DNA of 64,000 nt from Ruditapes philippinarum (taxonomy: Eukaryota): contig NW_026851848.1 in the NCBI RefSeq assembly GCF_026571515.1, forward strand, positions 62,001 to 126,000, in the 5' to 3' direction. Positions within the stretch are counted from its first letter, which is position 1, and each line of letters opens with the position of its first letter. This document shows, piece after piece, positions 40,413-49,865 of the stretch. The translations under genes and the position numbers were made by a program. Under the pieces are notes generated by a model. It was not told the DNA's origin, did not search any database, and was given only the letters and a program-made list of their open reading frames with translations.

Positions 40413-41699
40413 CGCCCAGGAAACTTTATTTAAATTCCAAAAATAATATACTAAACGCAATTAATTTTTCTTCCAGTTACAAATTTATATTATTCAACTA
40501 AGTCTTTAAGATGTTGTACCAGAAATAATACTTTCGGTTGAAGAATGATTAAATAAGGGATACAAAACGGTTTTTACTTGGTGGATTTTCATAATCATCG
40601 TGAAAACCCTAGCTTATTCAAAGATTACTAAGAAGAAGTGAAATTTGTTACTATTTAAACTTTTTACTTATTTATTTATAGAAAACGGATTTTTTTGAAC
40701 ATCGAGAATTGTTTTATTATACATCATGATATCTTGTGATGGACTTTGAATACGAAACACTAGAGCTGTTAGTTGTTTCCAAAATTAGTTAAAACGAAAT
40801 GCACTTGAATGCCCCTCTAAATAAATGAAGGATGCTTATGTAATAGCTATAGTATACGAGGATATAATACTGACTTGGGCGACATTCTGCTAAAAAATGT
40901 CGAGGCCGTTAGGACGAGACAATTATTTTGCCGAAACATCCCGAGATGTCGCCCCAGCCAGTGTTATATCCTCGTAACTAACGAGTTTCATATACTATAA
41001 CTATTTTATCGCATTTTATTTTTTTTTTACTAGAAATCAGAAAAAATTACAAAAAAAAACCAAACAAACAAAAAACCAAAAAATAACAAAAAAACGTGCA
41101 TTTCTCTCTACGTGCCCTTTCACTTTTTCACCTTCTCACTCCCAGATAATATGAACCAATATCAGCTAATGATGTCGTAAGCTACCTTACAGCTATATAT
41201 AATATTGAGTCCGATGATAGAGACGGGTTATTCGGGCTTTGGCTTTATACATGCAGCGGATGTACCTTTTGATTTCAGCAGTTGCATAATTATATAAGAA
41301 TAAATTCATAATTTCATTTCATTAATTTTCTTTCTTACTTATGTTGTTGTTTTCTTGGGAATGTCCCATTGGAACCGCAGTGAAGGTGCGAAAATAACTC
41401 AACTGCTATATAGCAGTTGAATTTTTTCCTATATAAATCAATGAAAAAACTGTACTGCTATATATCAATATATATTATTGGGTTAGTAAGAACAAAGAAA
41501 AAGTTCCAAACCATGCGATAATTATTGTAACAATAGAAATGAATGAGTTTAAAGCAGATGGCAGAGATATATGAGTTGCGGCTGAATCGGCTAGCCAGAG
41601 AAGATACAAAAGACCATAGGTTTATTTCATAATGTAATTTCAAATTACTTATCTCCTCGAACTCTGGCCATTCACAATTAAATTTTTGAACTCGGCAAA

Positions 41700-42211
41700 A
41701 TGCCAGTGTTTTTCCGACAGACAACCTACACCAGCGGACACACGGTCAAACCTTCACACCTTCAAACCATACGAGGTTTTTCGCAATTGAGGCTTGACCT
41801 CACAGAAGCTGCGTGATTGGTTCTGGGTATCACAGGGGACAGGCGGAAATGGCAAAATGAGGGCTAAAACGATCAGTTTCATTTCGATTTAAGGGTCCAG
41901 CCGGAATTGGCGAGATATGAGCTGAAATGACCTTTTATAGAACGATTTTCGGCTCAACATCCGCAAAATACCTGAGTATTCCCGACGGACACACTTATAC
42001 CAGCGGACACACGGTTAGACCCCCTAACCATCCCACCATATTGGGTTCTGCGTATTTGAGGCTTGGGCTCACATGGGCCAGCCGGAAATGGCGAGATATG
42101 ATCTGAAATGACTATTTGATTTTCGCCTCCATGTCGTCCAAATACCAGAGTATTACCGATGGAAACACCTATGTTAGCGGAAACACGGTCAGACCTCTAA
42201 CCATCCCACCA
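41700..42211. repeat. Diverged tandem repeat (~170-270-bp units) interrupted by the Polinton; resumes at 49415-49460
   Basis: Unit landmark AGCGGA(C/A)ACACGGT recurs near 41733, 42002 and 42176; the uninterrupted unit near 42027-42075 reads CCATCCCACCATATTGGGTTCTGCG. Confidence 0.75.
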
Positions 42212-44139
42212 AGTAGTATAGGGGCCTCTTTGGCATCACGACTGCGCATGTGCAGCGCCATATTGGATTTTATAGTTAGAATGACATTATCGTTCTATAT
42301 TTAGAAATTCATTTTATATCTCCCGGAAGTATACGGAGCTGACTCGTATACACGATCTAGGGCTTGAATCGAAGACATTGTAGGTCAGGTCCTCGGCCCT
42401 AGACGGAGAGGTAAATATCATCATTTATAAAAGAAATGTGTGTAAATAAATACCTGCTTAACATTTTAATTAATAAAAGAGTAGAATCAAAAGGCAAAAA
42501 ATACAAATAGCTTATGTTTTTTAATATGGTCATAATAAATAATAAACATTGAATAAAAATAGTACTTGTTTTCTTGTAGGCGGTCCGAAACCAAATGACA
42601 CAAATCATTAGTGTATTATTTCTAAATGCTCTGATCACGAGTGTATCAAAAGTGATGATAGTCACATAGTCGAGCGTTTATTTATTTAAGAGCGGATGCA
42701 TTAACAATAGCCTATTTAACTGTCAAAGTTAATCCCCTTAAAGTCGCCACAATGTCTGGCGTGTGTTTATTTAGGGACGGAAACACTAACAATGGCCTAT
42801 TGAAATGTTAAAGTTAATCCCTTTAAAGTAGCCACTCGGTCTGGCGTATGTTTATTTAGGGACGGATATGAGGACAATGCTCCATTCAACTGTCAAAGTT
42901 TACCCGTCTAAAGTAAAAGCGGTAAAGCAATAAGCTATTGAAGTGTCAGTTTACCACTAGGGCATAAATTTAAACTCATTTTGGAAAAAAACGTTTTGAA
43001 AACTGATCATCACGAATGTGCAAAATTATATAAAAAAACTATAATTAATGTTAACTAAAACCGAACAAAAATACAACAGAAAAAGCGTTTTTCGTCTTCT
43101 GTGCAACATTTTACGATATACATTTTGATTTTTTTCGCATCAAATGATAGACCTGACAGAATGCTTCAAAATAAACCCTAGGTTCTCGATTCGATTTTTA
43201 GCTGTTTTCGAGTTATGGCCCATTAGCGGTTTTTAAACCATTTTTTTAAAAGTTCATAAAACCCTTAGATGTATATGCCGTTTGAAAGATCTCTGCCAGT
43301 AGATACAGAAAATGTATTATTATATAGATCTATATTTTACTGTTTCTGAGATAGGAGAGTTTCAATATGGCAGACAAAATCACTCATGCGGAAAAACGCG
43401 CATAACTTTTTCGTTTATGAACGAAACATAGTCATGTTTGGTATCAAATTGAAGGTCTTGACGAGTACATTCTGACGCTGGCGATAGTAAAGTTCATACT
43501 GGAAGTCAAAATCACTCATGCGTAAAAAATATATATTTTGGTTACTAGAGCAACCGAATCCGATATGATTTTTAATTGTTGACTACCAATTGAAAGAACA
43601 GTTCATTACCTTTAATTTACACCCCCCATTGTCGATTCGATTTCCAGCCGTTTTTGGGTTATGACGCAAGAGCGATTTTTAAACCCTAAATTGCGAAACG
43701 TCAATAAAAACGTTACAACTGTTTACCAATCGATTCGTCTCGTCGCGCTGATTAAGAAAATATATAGTTTTATGGGGTTATCTTTTATCGTTTTTGAGTA
43801 ATTCGAGTTTAAAGTCACCGGAAGTGACGTCACAGAAATTTCAAAATCGATTTCTTCGTTATTACTTGACAGAATATATACGTGTTGGTATCGTTGGAAA
43901 ACATTTTACCACACCTGTTACCTGACGCTATTCAAAAAGCCATTGGACCGGAACTGAAATCACTGAAGCGTAAAAACGTGTTTTCTGTACCACGCCTTGA
44001 CCGATCTTAGGCGTGTTTGGTATCAAATGAAATGTCTCAAGCCGCTCTTTATGAATACGGACTAAAATCGAAATTAAAATCACTCATGCGTAAAAATCAT
44101 TAAAATAACTAAAATAAGCTTACCCCAGTCTTTACTCCT
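42212..44139 (+). repeat. Left terminal inverted repeat (~1.93 kb)
   Basis: Reverse complement of 47600-49414; inner boundary ...CCCCAGTCTTTACTCCT. Confidence 0.9.
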
Positions 44140-44428
44140 CGCAATCTAAATCGGAAATGAATGAATCGCTACGGTTAATCGTAATAAATGGAGTAAAAGA
44201 AGCGTTTTCATTGGTCACTGATAAGACAGTACTTGCACATTTTCATTAGTCTAACTGCAACATGATTGGACTAAACAGAGAGAGGCGGGGACTAGTTGTC
44301 TTGTATTACGGGGCAATAGCAGTAGCATAAGGCTATTCCTATGGGAATAAATAAAACAAAACACATGGTAATTTATATTTTTATTTCATACAGAACATTG
44401 TTTTAAAGCTAGTGATATACTTGTTTTG

Positions 44429-44863
44429 TCACTTCTTTTTTCTAATTAGTTTCTTCATTTTAGACACTACTGAACGATCATTGTGCTTCTTCTGATACAG
44501 ATCAAATTCTTTGACGATGTTTTTTAAAGTCTTTCCCTGATATCGTTTTATGACATAGTATGCGCAGTAGAGGCCGCACACATTAGACGAAAGTTGTTGT
44601 AGTTGGCCGTAATTTCTGAGATATTTCTTGTTAAGTATCTTATCATATCCCACGCCATAGCTTTCTGGACTATTTCCAACCGAGTCGAAATATTCGTAAG
44701 GTCCGTGTCTAGGAAAATAGAAGGCTACCCAATGCTTTCCCGGTCCGTTACTCGTATCTGTGTTTGAAATCACAAATCTTCCGTTTTGTTTACGAATTTC
44801 ATCAGCCGCACACACTGTCACTGGGTATCTTTTCAATATATTTTCTAGCTGGTAATTATCCAT
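44429..44863 (-). CDS. Adenain-like (adenoviral-type) cysteine maturation protease, intact, ~144 aa
   Basis: NTDTSNGPGKHWVAF...EYFDSVG...LQQLSSNVCGLYC gives the His/Asp/Gln/Cys catalytic set; ATG at 44863 lies one base after the upstream ORF's stop. Confidence 0.92.
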   Translation of the reverse strand: MDNYQLENILKRYPVTVCAADEIRKQNGRFVISNTDTSNGPGKHWVAFYFPRHGPYEYFDSVGNSPESYGVGYDKILNKKYLRNYGQLQQLSSNVCGLYCAYYVIKRYQGKTLKNIVKEFDLYQKKHNDRSVVSKMKKLIRKKK

Positions 44864-44864
44864 T

Positions 44865-45251
44865 TTAGAAAGTGAACCAAGTCCAGTCAATATCCGTTTT
44901 ACGCTTCTTAGGCGCCGACGTTTCTATATTGGAATTACGTAATCGTTTTACTTCCGACTTTGCCATTTCAACCGCTTGAGGCACGGAGCTAACCATATCA
45001 ACCACAGGGCGTTGTGCATTTTGAAGCTTCTCTTCCGTTTCTTTAAGCTTTTTCTCCGTTTCTTTGAGCTTCGTTTCTAGTGTCACGAACCTTCTACGCG
45101 AATTACCGCTACCTATAATGTACCGGCCTCTATGATCGGGTGTCACGTAACCGTCTCTCAAATCTTTAAAATGCTGATACCATTTATCTGGTTCATTTAT
45201 ATACGGCACCCATTTTTGTTGTTTATGATTGTACACCTCTATGGAACCCAT
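44865..45251 (-). CDS. Uncharacterised Polinton-associated protein (~128 aa; coiled coil, VSSVPQAVEMAKSEVK, NLS-like PKKRK)
   Basis: Open frame with likely ATG at 45251 just downstream of the ATPase stop; coiled-coil LKETEKKLKETEEKL. Confidence 0.7.
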   Translation of the reverse strand: MGSIEVYNHKQQKWVPYINEPDKWYQHFKDLRDGYVTPDHRGRYIIGSGNSRRRFVTLETKLKETEKKLKETEEKLQNAQRPVVDMVSSVPQAVEMAKSEVKRLRNSNIETSAPKKRKTDIDWTWFTF

Positions 45252-45297
45252 GTTGGGTTTTGAAAGTAAAGGAGCAAAGATCATTCTTACGGTATTT

Positions 45298-46710
45298 TTA
45301 TTCTCCATCTGATATGTGATTTTCATTGTCATCATCTTTATTATTCTCACCATTAAAATCCTTGATGTCGTGATTGGGCCATAACGCCTCAAACCGGTCT
45401 TTTCTAAGTTTAACGGCTTGTCGGATAGATTCTTCAATGGTCATGTCGTGCTGATGTCTAAGTTTCTTCGCTGACTGGAGAATTTGTTGCTGAGTGGGGT
45501 CCTCTTGTAATGCGTAAAAGTCAATCAGAAACTGGGCATAATTTTGTCTCATCTTCTTTCTCAAATGTGGCAACGCATCATTAGCAGTGCGAGCATAAGC
45601 CTCATCAAAAGAGAACTCTTGATCTATGTAACTGTTTAGCCCGTCTTTAAATTGTTCTTTACAAGACTGTCGTAAAGGCTTTTGAAATCTTCTATCCCAT
45701 ATGTCATGACGTTTGCGTTCTTCTTTGAGCTCTTCTTTTATACGCTTACCAGGAGGTCCCATAAAAAAAGCTTGTCTCTTTACACCTCTATCACCACCCT
45801 CTGTATGCTCTTTATCAGTATCATCATCTGCATCTTCATCATCATTTGCATCTTCATCATCATCATCATCATCGTCATTTATCGTCGTGTCAGACGAATT
45901 ACCTTCACCGTGTAACTGGTTCTCCGGAGGTATATCCATCCGTTTTCTAAGTTCTGGATTGTTGGCCTCAAAAATGTCATTACGTAAACGATTATGTTCA
46001 GGTGTACTGGATTTAAGATCTATAACCAAATAACCGTAACGTTTCGACGTAGCTTGTTCGAACCGTTTCATAAAAATGGCACTGGATGTGGGATATATTC
46101 TTTTGGCCAATGTCGCCACTTGCTGTCTGTCGATAGGATTATTGAACAATATCAGGTACTGGGTATTTACAGCGATGTCCCTGCAAGCTTTTCCTTGAGG
46201 AAATAAATTCTGGGTAAGATAGATAATAGATATGTTTCTGTGGTGACTGCCCTTGGTAAAAAGATCAGCAATTCTTTGATCGCATTTGGCTTCTGTCATT
46301 TAATCGTCAAAAACAATCAAGTTCCTTTTACGGGTATTAATATACTCTTGACTATTCAAGTAGTCGGGGATACCTCGTACAAATTCTATCCAGGGTATTC
46401 TACGTTGAAGTTCATCGTACAGAGGCTGCCATTGCCCGTAACACCATATGATGCGCTCTGGTGGCGGATTTACTAGATCGGATAAAAGCAGTGTTTTAGT
46501 CCAGTCAGTTTTTCCACTACCACTAGGCCCGGAGACGACCATGGAAAATGGGCGTTGAAAATTCATCTTTTCTGAAGTGTCCCTATGAGTGATTTGTTGG
46601 GATAAAGAATCACTTTTAACAGTGTCATCACTCCCATGTACATAACGTTGATGTCTCAGCATGACGTCACGTCTTGAGAAAGACAGCTGGCAAACAGAAC
46701 TCTGATTCAT
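45298..46710 (-). pseudogene. C2H2 zinc finger + A32/FtsK-HerA packaging ATPase + acidic linker + helical domain fusion, split by one in-frame TAA
   Basis: ORFs 46300-46767 and 45298-46299 are one frame: Walker A GPSGSGKT, Walker B LIVFDD*M, then LFTKGSHHRNISIIYLTQNLF. N-terminal SSVCQLSFSRRDVMLRHQRYVH is a C2H2 finger with Ser at the first Cys position. Confidence 0.88.
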
Positions 46711-46894
46711 TATTAAAGTGGTCACAGAAGTACACTGCGGTATTCTTCCATCTATTGATATGATCATCTTTCTTACGCTGTAGACAGTTTTCTTTGTGAT
46801 GGCGGCGGTTGAGGTGGCGGCGGCGGCGGCGGTGGAGGTGACGGCGGCGGCGGTGACTTAAAGAATTACACTCTTAATTCATGTAATCTCTCCG

Positions 46895-47353
46895 CTACAA
46901 TATAAACGGAAATATGTATTTACTTATTATACTTAACTCTTTCCGCAGTGTCATGACCTTGTCTATACTTGAAGTAAACCTCTTTAGGCTTATCCACTGA
47001 AGTAGGTTCAAGTCTATGCCTCGAATTGTAGCCGTTCCATTAATGAACTCTCTAATATCTAGGAATACATAATTAGCCTGATTGCACTCTGTAGCATATA
47101 AATTGTCATGAAGATGAAACTGCTCAACGAAAGTGCACACAGTTTGGTTCAACTTTGGTCGTATGTCTCCATCGTTGGCTGGTACACCACAATCCGATTA
47201 CACGTAAATCAAGAAAACAGGTATAGTACATATCAAGGCAATCACAATAATCCCTATCCATTTGATAAAGTTTAAATGATAATGCAGGGATGTGTTTCGA
47301 AATGAAACACTTTCCTCAACGTCAACATTTTCCAAGATTTGACGCATTGTCAT
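46895..47353 (-). pseudogene. Transmembrane helix + PC4-like ssDNA-binding domain gene, one in-frame TAA (47198-47200)
   Basis: MTMRQILENV...KWIGIIVIALICTIPVFLIYV*SDCG...VFLDIREFINGTATIRGIDLNLLQWISLK; the DIRE...GI-L...QW..LK pattern resembles PC4. Confidence 0.7.
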
Positions 47354-47436
47354 AGCCAATCATTAAGTGTTTCTGGTTGCCAATCACCGCCCCTAGAGTT
47401 CTGAAGTCAGGATGACAAAGGGGGCTAAAGCGCTCT

Positions 47437-47507
47437 CTTATATACTCTCCACTGGGCAAGTCATATCTATTTTTGGTAAGAACGTCATCGTTCTCCATTT
47501 TGATTGG
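47437..47507 (-). promoter_or_regulatory. Putative Pol II promoter for the Polinton core (CCAAT, ACGTCA, TATATAAG)
   Basis: TATATAAG at 47444-47437 and CCAAT at 47507-47503 on the minus strand; the TATA is ~85 bp upstream of the first ATG. Confidence 0.5.
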
Positions 47508-47599
47508 TTGATAAAAAATAGCAATACCGGTTTAAACCTGTCGTAACTGGACCGAAAACGATAGGCTATAGTAACTTGTCATAAATAGTTTGATAGGCA

Positions 47600-49414
47600 A
47601 GGAGTAAAGACTGGGGGTAAGCTTATTTTAGTAATTTTAATGATTTTTACGCATGAGTGATTTTAATTTCGATTTTAGTCCGTATTCATAAAGAGCGGCT
47701 TGAGACATTTCATTTGATACCAAACACGCCTAAGATCGGTCCAGGCGTGGTACAGAAAACACGTTCTTACGCTTCGGTGATTTCAGCTCCGGTCCAATGG
47801 CTTTTTGAATAGCGTCAGGTAACAGGGGTGGTAAAATGTTTACCAACGATACCAAACACGTATATATTCGGTCAAGAAATAACGAAGAAATCGATTTTGA
47901 AATTTCTGTGACATCACTTCCGGTGACTTTAAACTCGAATTACTCAAAAACGATAAAAGATAAACCCATAAAACTATATATTTTCTTAATCAGCGCGACG
48001 AGACGAATCGATTGGTAAACAGTTGTAACGTTTTTATTGACTCTCGCAATTTAGGGTTTAAAATCGCTCTTGCGTCATAACCCAAAAACGGCTGAAAATC
48101 GAATCGACAATGGGGGGGGGGGTGTAAATTAAAGGTAATGAACTGTTCTTTCAATTGGTAGTCAACAATTAAAAATCATATCGGATTCGTTTGCTCTAGT
48201 AACCAAAATATATTTTTTTTTTTACGCATGAGTGATTTTGACTTCCAGTATGAACTTTACTATCGCCAGCGTCAGAATGTACTCGTCAAGACCTTCAATT
48301 TGATACCAAACATGACTATGTTTCGTTCATAAACGAAAAAGTTATGCGCGTTTTTCCGCATGAGTGATTTTGTCTGCCATATTGAAACTCTCCTATCTCA
48401 GAAACAGTAAAAGATAGATCTATATAATAATACATTTTCTGTATCTACTGGCAGAGATCTTTCACACGGCATCTAAATCTAAGGGTTTTATGAACTTTAA
48501 AAAAATGGTTAAAAAAAACCGCTAATGGGCCATAACTCGAAAACAGCTAAAAATCGAATCGAGAACCTAGGGTTTATTTTGAAGCATTCTGTCAGGTCTA
48601 TCATTTGATGCGAAAAAAATCAAAATGTATATCGTAAAATGTTGCACAAAAGACGAAACATATCCGTCCCTAAATAAACATACGTCAGACCGAGTGGCTA
48701 CTTTAAAGGGATTAACTTTAACATTTCAATAGGCCATTGTTAGTGTTTCCGTCCCTAAATAAACACACGCCAGACATTGTGGCGACTTTACACTCGTGAT
48801 CAGAGCATTTAGAAATAATTCACTGATGATTTGTGTCATTTGGATTCGGGTCGCCGAGGAGTCAACAAGTAATATTTTTTATTGAATGTATAAATAAGAA
48901 TTTATTATAAACATATTAAAAATATAATCAAGCCGTTTGCATTTTTTTAAGAGATTCTACTTTATTCGAACAATGATTTTATTAATTAATATGTGTAGTT
49001 AAGCACGTATTTATACAAAGGTTATCTGTAGTTATAATAATGGTGATTATCTCCCCGTCTAGGGCCGAGGACCTGACCTTAAATGTCCGCGATTCAAGCC
49101 CTTAGATCGTGCATACGAGTCAGCTCCGTATACTTCCGGGAGATATTTTTTATTTCTATTTATAACGTAATGATGTCATTCTTAAAAAATAATCCAAAAT
49201 GGCCGCCGCGCGTCTGTTATTCAACACGGCCGCCGCGCATGTGTAGTAAGGTCATTTCTTCTATGCAAATGAGTTACTAATTATAGAAAACATAATGGCC
49301 GCCACGCATGTGTAGTGAGGTCATTTCTTCTATGCAAATGAGTTATTATTTATAGAAAACAAAATGGCCGCCGCGCATGCGCAGTCGTGACGCTTAAGAG
49401 GCCCCTATACTACT
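47600..49414 (-). repeat. Right terminal inverted repeat (~1.82 kb)
   Basis: Reverse complement of 42212-44139 with two deletions and an added 69-bp repeat. Confidence 0.9.
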
Positions 49415-49865
49415 CCACCATATGGGGTTCTGCGCAATTGAGGATGGGCCTCACAGGGGCAAGTTTATATACCAGCCATTTCTCCAACGCATCTAATATC
49501 CATCCCACATTGAGTTCTGAGGGGTGAATACGTTTATTAAGTAAATATATAAATAGTTTCTAAATTTTATTTTTATTTCAGAAAGGGGTTCGGGAATACA
49601 TATCTTTTGCTTTATAATTCTACAAAAACCGTCTTCAGCAAAAAAATTTAAACTCGATTTTAGGAATCAAATATCGAATATAGTTCACATTTAATTATAA
49701 TTATCATAATTTATATAATAAAGACATATCCTCGCCGCATTAATAACTGGCATCTAACACACAGAGTCACGTGACATAATAAATAATAGATATATAAATA
49801 TATTGATAACATTATAAAAACAGTTTCGAAGAAATAGCACTGCATTTTACACATGGTGGTTTTTA

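Larger units (their letters stand above)
42212..49414 (-). mobile_element. Polinton/Maverick-type element, 7.2 kb, non-autonomous (no pPolB, integrase or capsid ORFs)
   Basis: Termini AGTAGTATAGGGGCCTCTT / AAGAGGCCCCTATACTACT; 6-bp TSD CCACCA (42206-42211, 49415-49420); long TIRs; adenain-like protease and A32-like ATPase inside. Confidence 0.93.

Noticed and set aside
42319-42409. Hammerhead ribozyme interpretation of the TIR structure
   Set aside because: No CUGANGA plus GAAA core in the correct arrangement on either strand.
45682-46476. Plus-strand ORFs inside the Polinton ATPase
   Set aside because: Antisense shadows of the ATPase and poly-Asp tract; no motifs.
44140-47599. Hidden pPolB, integrase or capsid remnants in the Polinton core
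   Set aside because: The core is almost fully occupied by the four described genes and no such motifs were seen; a tBLASTn would be needed to exclude short remnants.
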